NCBI GenBank assembly: GCA_951406725.2 | Contig: OX597822.1 | Coordinates: forward strand, 5,332,001-5,396,000 | DNA: 64,000 nt | Reading direction: 5' to 3' | From: Octopus vulgaris | Lineage: Eukaryota | Part shown: one piece after another, positions 14,670-26,662 of the stretch | Position numbering within the stretch: the stretch's first letter is position 1 | How the letters are laid out: each line of letters starts with the position of its first letter | Notes under the pieces: model-generated | What the model saw: only the letters and a program-made list of their open reading frames with translations | What the model was told of the DNA's origin: nothing | Databases searched by the model: none | Made by a program: the position numbers and the translations under genes

Positions 14670-14987
14670 TTCTTTTTTCTTTGACTTGTTTCAGTTATTA
14701 GATTGCAGCTGTGCTGGGGTTCTGCCTCGAAGAACTTGTGTTGAAAGAATCAACCCCAGTACTTGTTTTAATTTTTTTAAGCCCAGTACTTATTCTGTTG
14801 GTCTCTCTTGCCAAAGTGCTAAATTACAGGGATGTAAACACACCAACACTGGTTGTCAAGTGGTGATGGGGGACAAACACACATATATATATATATACAT
14901 ACAGCGGTGGTGCCCCAGCATGGCCGCGGCCTTCGGGCTAAAACATCTTTAAGGATTTAAGGATTTATACATATATATATATAAATA

Positions 14988-15029
<42 letters not shown>

Positions 15030-15197
15030 TGATATAGATATGAAGAACTTTCAGTTTCTGTCTACTAAATCCACAAGGCTTTAGTTGGCCTGAAACTATA
15101 GTAGAAAACACTTGACCAAGATGCCACACAGTGGGACTGAACCTAGAAACATGTGGTTGAGAAGTAAACTTTTTACCACACAGCAATGCCTGTGCCA
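14670..15197 (-). mobile_element. SINE family A with a nested insertion in its internal microsatellite
   Basis: Tail at ~14670-14730 and head at ~15120-15197; foreign ~60-bp piece at 14903-14966. Confidence 0.8.
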
Positions 15198-15367
15198 AGG
15201 AAAAATGTAGAGAGGAGGGAATCAGACATCCTAAATTCAATTTCTATGGAACAGAATAGTCCTGGTCAGTTTCAGTTAGACAGACATACAGCACTGAGGC
15301 AGCCAATCAAAAGAAAGCAAATGAATAAAGGTTTGGACTGTGATTATCTCATCTTCATTATGGAGCA

Positions 15368-15752
15368 GTGGAGGCGCAATGGCCCAGTGGTTAGGGCAGC
15401 AGACTCGTGGTCGTAGGATTGTTGTTTCGATTCCCAGACCGGGCGTTGTGAGTGTTTATTGAGCAAAAACACCTAAAGCTCCACGAGGCTCTGGCAGGGA
15501 TGGTGGTGATCCCTGCTGTACTCTTTCACCACAATTTTCTCTCACTCTTACTTCCTGTTTCTGTTGTACCTGTATTTCAAAGGGCCGGCCTTGTCACTCT
15601 CTGTGTCACGCTGAATATCCCCGAGAACTACGTTAAGGGTATACATGTCTGTGGAGTGCTCAGCCACTTACACGTTAATTTCACGAGCTGGCTGTTCCGT
15701 TGATCGGATCAACCGGAACCCTCGTCGTCGTAACCGACGGAGTGCTTCCATC
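15368..15752 (+). mobile_element. tRNA-derived SINE, family B
   Basis: Head GGAGGCGCAATGGCCCAGTGGTTAGGGCAGC...GTTTCGATTCCC; 12-bp TSD CATTATGGAGCA at 15356-15367 and 15753-15764. Confidence 0.92.
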
Positions 15753-15934
15753 CATTATGGAGCATTATGTCTGTTGTCACATGTCCGAAGTCTTAAAACA
15801 AAGACATTTAAAGGACAATACATAATTTATTAATGGAGATTTAGTTAAACAGCTTGAGGAGCTACAATCTCCACTGATGGCTTTTATCCACATCTTGGTG
15901 TTTTTTGGTAAGTAGACATAATCCAGCTTTTGGT

Positions 15935-16167
15935 TTAACTCTTTAGCATTCATATTATTCTGTCAAATATAATGCTGTTTATTTACACTATTTTTGATTA
16001 CTCATGCATTAAATTATCTCATAGCTTCCAGATATCAAAGATGTGATTGTTTATTTTTAGAATGACAACTTAGGGTAGATGTGATAGACCAGGTCAAGCT
16101 GGTTTGAACATAAACCTGGTAGAACATTTGGGTTAGATTTGGTTGATTTTAATGCTAAAGAATTAAC
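15935..16167. mobile_element. TTAA-flanked MITE, second family (decayed)
   Basis: Termini TTAACTCTTTAGCATT / AATGCTAAAGAATTAA; related copies at ~33975-34160, 34275-34495, 36955-37150, 54340-54507 and 61985-62075. Confidence 0.7.
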
Positions 16168-16281
16168 ATGATGACTTTAAATCAAGGAGTGTCAAGCGTT
16201 CCATTTTAAAAAAATTTCTTATTTGTTTCTTTAATTTGATATAAGAATTATATAGGAAGCATTAGCAAATTGTGTCAGGAT

Positions 16282-19200
16282 AAGTTAGTTAGTTAGTTAG
16301 TTAATTTGGCTCAAAAGCAAATAGCAAGGCCATGTAGGGGGACATGGAGTTAAGTACAGGGTGGTGTTCATGTAAAGAGTTCAGGCCACTTGAGGTCCAG
16401 GGAGGCTTTGAACAAAGCGGTCGTCGGCATCTTCACCATCTCATCTGGCAGCTTGTTCCACGGATCCGCAACCCGGACGGAGAAAGCTCCTCTCCTTCGA
16501 TTGAGATGAAATCGTCGCAGGTAGAGCTTTTCGGAATGACCCCGCAGCCGACGCTCCGGAGCAGGAGTGAAGAACAGCTCTTTCGAGAGGTTACACTTCC
16601 CGCTTATGATGTTGTGGTCGAGAATGAGATCACCACGGCAGCGGCGTTTTTCAAGAGAATAAAGGTCGAGCGTCCTCAGCCTTTCTTCGTAGGACAAATT
16701 TTTGAGACCATGAACCAGGCGGGTAGCCAGCCTCTGGACTCTTTCGAGGTGCTGTATGTCTTTGAGGAGATAAGGAGAAGAGGCTTGAATCCCATACTCC
16801 AATATGGGTCTCACCAGCGTGACATAGAGTGGCAGGAATATGGCTGCTGTGAGCACTCCGAATGACCGTCGAATCAAAAACAGAATTCCGCGCGCTTTGT
16901 TGGCAGCATGGACGCACTGGGCCGAAGGCGAAAAGGAGAAATCCACCAAGATACCCAGGTCCTTTACCTGATCGGTCCTCTCCAGCAGCAGACGACCCGG
17001 CTCGAAATCAAGTTGAGTTGTAGGAGTAGAGCCGACAGGCAGATGACAGCACTTTGACACGTTCAGACACAGGTCCCAATCGTTAGACCACTTCCAAATT
17101 TGGTGGAGGCATCGACGAAGATCCTCTATACTACCGTGAGGAGCGACCAGTTTGATATCGTCGGCAAATAGAAGGGTGTGTTGCGTGAGGTCGTCGGGCA
17201 AGTCATTTATGAAGACTAAGAACAACAAGGGCCCAAGCACTGAACCTTTAACCATTAACTTGAACTTGGAAGGAGCGATCTGAGAGGAAGGCACCAACCC
17301 ATCGTACAATATCCGGATGGAAACTATATGCTTGAAGCTTGACAAGTAGTAGGCGGTGGTTTACCGAGTCAAAAGCTTTGGCAAAGTCCAATAAAACGAT
17401 GTCAACAGCATCAGTATCATCGAGGATGCGCGTCACCAATTCTTCCATTACTAGTAAGTTGGTCAAGCATGATCTCTTCGGCACGAAGCCGTGTTGGGAA
17501 TCAGTGATCGAGGCTGTGCTTAGGAGGTGGAGCATCATACTTTTCTTAAGGATGGTTTCGAACATCTTGCTGATTATTGATGTAAGGGAAACCGGTCGGT
17601 AGTTAAGCAGGTCTTCGCGGCTCCCTTTCTTGAAAATTGGGCAGATTATCGCTGTTCTCCAGTCTGCAGGTATAACACCCGTCGCCAATGACATATTGAA
17701 TAGTCGTGTTAAGGGCTCGCAGATTACCGGAGCCAACGCTTTGATAACCCATGGGTGTATGCCGTCAGGGCCGTGACCCTTGTTGACATCGAGGCCTTGA
17801 ATAGCACGTTTGACTTGGTCCCGCGTGATGATCAATCAAAGCATTGGAGGTACCGATCTATCAAATGGAGGGGGTTCACGACCATCATCTTGTTTGAAAA
17901 TAGTTGAAAAAGCCTCGGCAAATAATTGACTCTGTTGATAAGGGTCCTCAATCGATACGCCTGTTGAGTCTACCAATGTTACAATCTGGTTGTTCAAGCG
18001 GGAATTCCGCTGGACATAGGCAAAGAAGGTTTTTGGATTGCTACTGGCATTTGCCGCAATTTTGTATTCATAACTGAAGCGTTCTTTCTTTTCAATTTTC
18101 ACGGCTCGGTCTCGTTGAGTTTTGTACACCTCAAAAGCTGCAGTCGAATCCAGATTTTTGAATTCAGCCCAAGCAATATCTCTGAGTCGACGTTCTCGTT
18201 TAACCTTCTTCGTCACCCAGGGCTTGTGTTTCTTCCTCTTGGGAAGTCCAACGGGAACTGCCTGGTCAGTCAAACAGATTACATATGCTTTGAGGGATGA
18301 CCATAGTTCGTCAACTGAGGACGACGTCATCAGGGAACGCCAGTCCAGAAGCGTGGAAGCCTCGGTTAGAATTTCAAGATTAATTGCAGAGAAGACTCTA
18401 CGTGGCAGCGAAGTAATCGTGGGCGTGGAAAAAGTTGTGTGCATGACGAACTTCAGAACCGCATGATCACTCTTGGCAAGAGGGGCGCACACAGATATGT
18501 CTGACACTGATCTTGGATAGCGGGAGAATACCAGATCTAGCATAGATGGCTGCTGCCCAGACCGATGCCTTGTCGGATATTCAACATGTTGCGATAGAAA
18601 ACAATCTTCAGCCACGTCAAGAAGGGCCTGGCCGAACCGGGAAGATGTTGTACAAATTGATGCGGGCCAATCGATCATGGGAGCGTTGAAGTCGCCTAGT
18701 ACCAAGCAGTCATGCGAAGCTGAAACGAATCTTATCGCCTCGAGTAGATGAGCATCGTCCTGGGGGTTGGCTAGAGGCGGCCTGTAGACAGCCAACACGG
18801 GCAGGCAAAACTCAGATAGGCTCAGCTTGCAATAGACGGCAACGAATTTGGTTGTAGGTTGAGCATTTGTGGGTAGAATACCGCAGGACGGTTTGTGCTC
18901 AGACTTAACATACACAGCAACACCTCCACCTCGCCTTTTTCCTCTGTCACATCTGAAAAGGACGTAGCCCTGCAGGTGGATCTCTGAGTCCTTTACTGCT
19001 GGAGTCAGCCAAGTCTCGGTGATAGCTATCACATCAGGGGAGTCGCGTAGGGCCAGTGTAAATAGTTCACTGAACTTTGGGAATAAGGAGCACGAGTTGG
19101 TGTAGACGATGCTGAGCTGTGAAGTCTGAGGGGCGGGAGTTGGGGAACAAGCAGAATAAAGGGCATCAGAGATAGCATCGTTGACGGGGGTATCAACTTC

Positions 19201-19390
19201 ACTTCGATTTGCCCTCACATCACTTTCCCTGTCAGCACTACAGCATGGGACCAGAGGTAGGACTTGATTATCTGTCCATCTTGGATTCGTAAACCCTTCT
19301 CTCCCATTTGTTTCCTCATCTTTAGCTCGGATATCAGGTTCCTCCGGCGAATTCTCTCTCTTAGTGAGTATCTTAGTAAGATACAAGCTT
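16282..19390 (-). mobile_element. CR1-type LINE, ORF2 essentially complete but inactivated
   Basis: GC-rich block with APE endonuclease (IAITETWL, GGGVAVYV, LGDFN, SDH), RT (NYRPVSLTS, QHGF, LDFAKAFDSV, GSVLGPLLF, FADD) and CR1-type C-terminus (LRGH..KL..FSVRV..WNKLP); short 3' UTR and (CTAA)n tail at 16282-16304. Confidence 0.93.
16368..19386 (-). pseudogene. LINE ORF2 (AP endonuclease + reverse transcriptase), disrupted
   Basis: ORFs 17836-19386 and 17248-17835 are in the same frame, separated by a single TGA. At ~17250 a deletion removes the expected SGVPQ segment and shifts frame into the 16368-17345 ORF. Confidence 0.9.
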
Positions 19391-19447
19391 TGTCAATGTA
19401 TTGAGTTGTCTGGAAAGCTCATGTCAATTTTAAATTTTGTCAATGTA

Positions 19448-20706
19448 TTGGGTTGTCCAGAAAGTTCTTGACGATTTCTAAGAGAAGACAAAACAAAATT
19501 ATGCCATTAAATGTTTATTCAACTAAATATGAACCATTTTGTTGCACAACCTTTCTCCATCATTCCGTCAGCTTATAGATTCCGTCTTCCCAGAATTTCG
19601 CTGGTTTCTTGGCAAAGAACTCATTAAGGTAGATTTTTATGTTCTCCAAAGAATTAAAATTTCTACCATTGAAATTATTTTGGAAGGACCTGAATAAAGG
19701 AAAATCCAAAGGAGTAATGTCTGGTGAATATGACGGGTGGGATAATATATCCCAGCCAAGCTGCAACAATTTCCGATGGGTCGCCAGAAAAATGTGAGGT
19801 CTGGCATTATCCTGATGAAAAACAACACCTTCCTGTTTGCCAATTCTGGGCATTTTCTTTGAATTGCTGCCTTTAAATCAAGCAATACTTCTCAGAATTA
19901 ACTGACTGGTTACTTAGCAGAAGCTCATAATAAAGAATTCTTTTCCAATGCCACCAGATGCAAAGCATGACTTTCTTAGGATGAGGACCTGCTTTTGGAG
20001 TGGCTAAAGGTGGCTCATGTCACTTACCCCAGGATCCTTTTTGGTAAACATTGTTGTAAACGATCCATTTCCCATCACCCATTACAATTTGCTTCAAAAA
20101 GCATTTTTATTGTGTTTATACAGACAATTACAACAGATAGAAATGTGATCCAAAAGATTCTTTTCACCCAGATTATGTGGTACCCAAACATCATAGTAAT
20201 TTGAGTACCCAGGCTTCACCAAGAGATCATGGATGGTGAATTTTGATAAATTTAGTATTTCTGCCAATTCCCATAATGTGGGTTATTCTCAATCAATGTC
20301 TTGATTTGGTCATCATATGAAGTGGGGTGGGGTCTGCCAGGACGTTTTTCATCAATAAATCTACAATAACCAACTCTAAACTTAGTGAACCACTTCTGTA
20401 CAGTTCTGTCAGCCTAAGCACCTTCGCTGCACACAGCACATACCTTTTGTGTTGCTTGTGAGGCATTTTTGCCTTTACAGTAATAAAAAACATGAAGTGT
20501 CTAAAGTACACCTTATAATCTTCCAATGTCATAGGGGTGCAAAATTCACATGAATTAAGTAATTTTAAACTTTCTTTCTCAAGAGATAGTTTGAAGTGTG
20601 CACTAACCAGAAATGTAAGCATAATATATGTCGATAAATTTGACATATTCTCATGTGTTGGAACATGAACAACTAAAAGTGGACTTGAACTTTCCAGACA
20701 ATACAA
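19448..20706 (-). mobile_element. Mariner DNA transposon, full length, decayed transposase
   Basis: TA-flanked imperfect TIRs TTGGGTTGTCCAGAAAGTTC / GAACTTTCCAGACAATACAA; ~1.26 kb; motifs HQDNARPH, HPSYSPDITPLDF and FWEDGI in ORF 19560-19853. Confidence 0.9.
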
Positions 20707-20790
20707 TACAATGGCTTGGATTATATTTTGGGGAAAGATTTAAATAAAACAACATATGTGAAATATTCTTGTAGTTAAAGAAACAATACA

Positions 20791-21445
20791 GGCGCAGGAG
20801 TGGCTGTGTGGTAAGTAGCTTGCTAACCAACCACATGGTTCCGGGTTCAGTCCCACTGCGTGGCATCTTGGGCAAGTGTCTTCTGCTATAGCCCCGGGCT
20901 GACCAATGCCTTGTGAGTGGATTTGGTAGACGGAAACTGAAAGAAGCCTGTCGTATATATATATATATATATATATATTTATTGGCTTGATTGGCTTGAT
21001 TTAATTTAATCAGGTTAGTTTACCATTAAACAATAGATGAAACGGTGCATCATATAAGAAATTACAGGGTAAATGTTTTTTTTTAAATTTTCTCCTGGTT
21101 TGCGGAATTGATGTTATTTTGCGGTTGAAGCTTTGGCTGTTATTTCTAGTGGGTGAATGGCCTATTATGGCCATTCCTTGATTGTGATATATATATATAT
21201 ATGTATATATATATATGTATGTGTGTGTGTTTGTGTGTCTGTGTTTGTCCCCCTAGCATTGCTTGACAACCGATGCTGGTGTGTTTACGTCCCCGTCACT
21301 TAGCGGTTCGGCAAAAGAGACCGATAGAATAAGTACTGGGCTTACAAAAGAATAAGTCCCGGGGTTGATTTGCTCAACAAAAGGCGGTGCTCCAGCATGG
21401 CCGCAGTCAAATGACTGAAACAAGTAAAAGAGTAAAGAGAGTAAG
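20791..21445 (+). mobile_element. SINE family A with ~210-bp insert in its (TA)n
   Basis: Head GGCGCAGGAGTGGCTGTGTGGTAAG...GGTTCAGTCCC; tail CAGTCAAATGACTGAAACAAGTAAAAGAG; insert at 20978-21186. Confidence 0.92.
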
Positions 21446-22579
21446 AGAGATAGTTTGAAGTGTGCACTAACCAGAAATGTAAGCATATTATAAATTTGAC
21501 ATATTCTCATGTGTTGTAACATGAACAACTAAAAGTAGACTTGAACTTTCCAGACAATTCAATACAATGGCTTGGATTATATTTTGAGGAAAGATTTAAA
21601 TAAAACAACACATGTGAAATATTCTTGTAGTTAAAGAAACAATACAAAATTAGGTATTGCATCATCAAAGACTACAGCGAGGGACTATACTGTGTAAGTA
21701 GATGCTAACTTGTTTATTAACATTCTACATGGAAACGAAATGCTTTGAAGCTTGCCACTCAGTAATTATTCACATTCTACATTTTAGAATTCTCAACTAC
21801 CACTCTCAGAAAATCAGAAGAATGAAACTGGAATGGATTTCCAAAGTGAAAACTTCTCAACTTCCTTCTATGAAGAATAAACTATTATAAATATAATGAT
21901 ATAATAGAAAATGGTTGAGAAAAAAATAAAGTTAACTAAAATATTTGTGCCTCATGCTACTGAAAGATTTACAAAGGACATTGAGATATTAAATATAAGT
22001 ATATCTGTATATTCAAGAAAGACAAGTATGTATAACATAGATTTGGCACAGTATCACTGAAGTTTGTAGTAATATATGATCAATGAATGTAGAGTAACAC
22101 AAGAGTGCCAAAAAAGAAACATGATATTCACCCATGCATTAAGAAGCTGAGTATAATGGGAGAAATGGGCAACTGAGTGTACCTTTCATTCTTCTAGGAT
22201 GGGATAAAACAAGTAGCACTTGATTAACCAACAACATGGTAAAAAACCTAATTCAGCTCCTTCCTTCATATTCCAACCTTTCCTCATCTAGCATGGAATT
22301 ACCTTCCTCACAACTATAACCTCACTCAGTCAAAGTGGTCTTAGTCTTACAGGCTGCATGGTCACCTCATTGGCTCCCTGCCATGAGGAAAAGTACTCAG
22401 TAACCTCTGTAAAGTCATTGGCTTTTAGAAAGGCATCCAGCAAAAGAAATTATGCCAAAGTAGACACTAGAGTACAGTGCAGTCCTCTGACCCATCCAAT
22501 TTTATCACTGGTATTATCTTTACACTCATCATCTACTAGCATACATCTTCCACGCCAGCATTGAAGATAGCCTCTAATA

Positions 22580-22612
<33 letters not shown>

Positions 22613-23132
22613 AGCGACTCCCACACTAAGATAATGGATCAGTATAGTTAACCATATTCAGTGTATGTACCAGTTATGGACAACCTTTCTTGAGAAAGAG
22701 GCATGGTGCACTATCTGCCTGGTTGCACTATCAAAGGTTTCAAGGTAATTTTCATTAGGTGTGTCATTTAGAAAGTCATGCAGACTGCAAGATGCCTATA
22801 GTTAAAAAAAAACCCCCAAAAAACGGCACTCCGTTGGTTACGATAAGGGTTCCATTTGTTCCAGTCAATGGAACACCTTGCTTGTGAAATTAATGTGCAA
22901 GTGGCTGAGCATTCCACAGAAACATGTAATCCCAGGGAGATTCTGTATTACACAGAATGTGACAAGACAAGCCATCTGAAATACAGGTAACTACTCATTT
23001 TTGCTACTTGAGTAAACTGAAGCAACATGAAATAAAGTGTCTTGCTCAAGAACACAACATGCCACCAGGAATCTAACCTACAATCATACAATCGTGAGCC
23101 GAATACCCTGACCACTTTTCCATGCACTTATA

Positions 23133-23183
<51 letters not shown>

Positions 23184-24470
23184 CGTGTGTGTACCAAGAA
23201 AAAAGTAAGAAAGCTTCTATTTGTTTTTTCTTGAGAAAAAAATGATATATAATGTTGATATATTTGGAAATAATTAATATAGCTTATAAAAAAACTCATT
23301 GGTCATTAGTCTTAGAATAAATTTCACTTCTTTCTCTCACCAAAACATTTGACATTTACATTCCCCAAAATAAAATTTTGCTGGAAAAAGGAAGAGAAGT
23401 AAAATATATTCGAGTCAGATACCAGCTGGTGAGTGTGTTGATTAATTTATTAATCATGACTCTTCCCAAATATAATAATATTAGTTTCAACATTCAGTCT
23501 TCAATCAAAATTCTTGCAAAGCATATTTAAAATCAAAACACAATGATATTCATACAAGACTAGGCGAATGGACAATTGGTTTATCCAATATAGGTTATAG
23601 AAAGAGGCTCAGAAACCATCTTGTCAGCTTTGCTAATGCGATTTGCAGAAAAACAATAATGTATTCCTTTAAAATATAATACTACAGAGATATTACAGGC
23701 TTCAATGTTTTGATTTAGAAGATCGATTGTAAGATTTTTCTTCAATAAGTTTTAGTTTTTGTTTGTTACCTGATGTCTCTTCATTTTGTCAACTGCTTCT
23801 ATTTCAATTATTTCCTCTTCTTTTTCGTTCTTCTTTTAAAACATTTTATCGATGTTGTAGTAATGCTGTCAATATCGAGGGTTTTGTTTTTCATGTATTT
23901 ATTTTTTGCTCATATGTAATATTGTATTTTCCAGGATTTCTTAATTTCAGAATTCTCACTAGATTTCAAAAGACTTGCGGCAGTTCTTTTTTTGTATTTT
24001 ATAGCAACAACTATATTACTATTATTTTCCACTGTTGTTACACTACTACTGCTATTGGTTAACTAACTACACAACATACTAGAAGGAAAAAAAAACCATT
24101 TCATTAATCAAAAAAATATAAACATGAAATATTTACATCATTTGCCTATACACACTACTTACACACACACACACACAAATGAATATTCTCACCTAACTAA
24201 TAATGTTCGAAAATGTATACACTGAAAGTGAATGCACAAAACACATTTTTATGATGCAAGTTGCCATAAAACAAGAATAATAAATTTAAATACTATAAAT
24301 TTCTGAAAATCTCATAGAAGAACAAGCTATAAATGTATATAAATACCAAGCCAGACATCAACTCGAGGAAAATATAGTGAAAGAAATAAGCACTCACAGA
24401 CACATTCATTCATTCGCTCTTCTTTTTCCTTGTTGTGCTGGAAATTTCTCTAATTTTAACTCCTATATAG

Positions 24471-24574
24471 GATGCTTTAGCAGACACTCTAATTGGCGGC
24501 CAGGGGGTGTAAAAAAAATGAATAAAAGTAAAATACCAAATGATGAGAAGAAATCTGGTTGTACTATTCAATAA
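24471..24574 (+). other. Candidate spliced terminal exon
   Basis: Branch-like CTCTAAT, then TTTTAACTCCTATATAG acceptor. Reads DALADTLIGGQGV* in phase 0 or CFSRHSNWRPGGVKKMNKSKIPNDEKKSGCTIQ* in phase 1. Candidate upstream donor CTG|GTGAGT at 23428/23429. Confidence 0.3.
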
Positions 24575-25070
24575 CAAAAAGTACCAAAATAAGAAAAAAG
24601 TAGATTTTTATTTTGTTCTCAGATTGAAATCAGATGCATTCAGTTTTGGAGATGCTTTTTAAAGAGTAAATCTGGTTAAGGGAAAATGGTAACATTTTGA
24701 CATTAGACTCAAGTAATGACACAAAGTTAAATTGGTTAAAAAATATAATACACATTTACCATTAGTTATATGTACAAGCAGAAAAGTAATTGAACTTCTT
24801 TAGTTTACTGTTTATTTCGTTTTTAATTTAAATGTGTTATTTGTTGTTGTGTTCTTTGAGATGTTAAAATTTATACAAAATATCCAAATACATTTGAATT
24901 TCATAATTATTTAAAAATTCAGAATCATAACTTTTCTGATTTGTTTTTTCCTTTTCCTTCTTTTATTTATTTAAATTTTTGAATCTTCACACATATATGT
25001 GTGTATGTAAACAAATACACACACTTTCTTATTTATTTACATACACACATATGTATAACATGTCAAAAGG

Positions 25071-25662
25071 AGAAGTGATAATGAAATTTAGATGAATTCT
25101 TTACAAATTATTTTGTAAATTAAGCTTGGAAACAAATGCATGAATAGTATAAATTGTACTACAAGTGACTGAATAAGAAATTATATATAAGTACAGCACT
25201 GATTTTCTGAAAACTGAAGGCCCAATACTTCCTTTAACCAGGAAAAATTATGAAAGGGAACAGAGAAGTGATAATGAAATTTAGATGAATTCTTTACAAA
25301 TTATTTTGTAAATTAAGCTTGGAAACAAATGCATGAATAGTATAAATTGTACTACAAGTGACTGAAGAAGAAATTATATATAAGTACAGCACTGATTTTC
25401 TGAAAACTGAAGGCCCAATACTTCCTTTAACCAGGAAAAATTATGAAAGGGAACAGAGAGGTGATAATGAAATTTATATAATTTTTTAATGAATTATTTT
25501 GCTGTTATGATATCAAAACTTATTAAGATTGGAAACAAATGCATGAATAGTATAAATTGTACTACAAGTGACTGAAGAAGAAATTATAAATAGGTACAGT
25601 ACTGATTTTCTGGCAATTGAAGGTCCAACACCTCCTTTAAGCAGGAAAAATTATGAAGGACA
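25071..25662. repeat. Tandem triplication, 193-bp unit
   Basis: Units start at 25071, 25264 and 25457; the first two are almost identical, the third is longer and diverged. Confidence 0.95.
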
Positions 25663-26631
25663 ACATGAAATTCTTGTAGCTGTCAGTCAAGTCCACTCTG
25701 CAAGCACAGGTGTTACTGTGTGTACGATGTTTACATGCATTTTTGATACTGCACTTGTAAGTGGCAATACCAGAATTTTGAGAGATCCTCTGCTTGGCTA
25801 GGTGGCATTGCTGAATTCACTGTTCGAATATATAGTTTTCAAAGTGACACACAATCACTGATCTAATAAGATAGAAATATTATTATTTCTAACTCTTGAA
25901 AAACTATATATTCAAATGGTGAATTCAGCAACCTATCCAGGCAGCTCCTTTGTGTTGATAATGGGCAATAACCCAGAAACCAGTCCACAAATGTTGTTTT
26001 GCACTGGATGTGAGTGCTGAACTCTCTGTTTGAAAATATAAGGGCACAGATATTGTGTCATATAGCCAGCAGGAAATTATATTTCCTGCGTTTAAACAAC
26101 AGCAACATCATCCCTTCTAGGACAGCCACATTATGTTGGCAAATAGTCTTTAAATATATAGAGTATGCAGTCTTCGAAACATGTGTTGAGAGTAAAGGAA
26201 TTTTGTTAAAATCTTTGTTCGACTCCATTCTTTCATTTATTCATATAAAAAAAACACAAATTTCCGCACAAGAACACAGGGTTTCTGCTCTTGGCATGTA
26301 GCTTCAACCATGTTTTCTGACGTGAATTTGCTACCCAGGTATCGATTAACCAAATTATCCATACTAGGATAATTCATTCACCTACTTAAATATATATATA
26401 TATATAATTCAGCTACGGTAGTAGTTGAATGATCAAGATAGACAGACAGACAGACAGACAGATAGATAGACCCTTTCTGTATGTTGTCTAAGAAAAATAT
26501 GTCATAATCAGATTTTACACCAGTTGTCTGCATGTTCATGCCTTTGTTCTGTTACTCACAAACACACAATGGGTTTCCACACAGTAGCTGTTTACCAGAT
26601 TTATGCACAGGACATGGGTTGGCCTGGAACA

Positions 26632-26662
<31 letters not shown>

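Noticed and set aside
15368-15445. tRNA gene
   Set aside because: The tRNA-like head continues into a SINE body with TSDs; the same applies to all family A and B heads.
16282-16304. Telomere-like (TTAG)n tract
   Set aside because: It is the 3' tail of the CR1-type LINE, repeated with the truncated copy at 39236.
16344-18466. Plus-strand ORFs of 87-173 aa
   Set aside because: Antisense shadows of the LINE ORF2.
23770-24078. Minus-strand exon with good acceptor and CAG|GTAAC donor
   Set aside because: Stops in all three frames; cannot be supported without transcript data.
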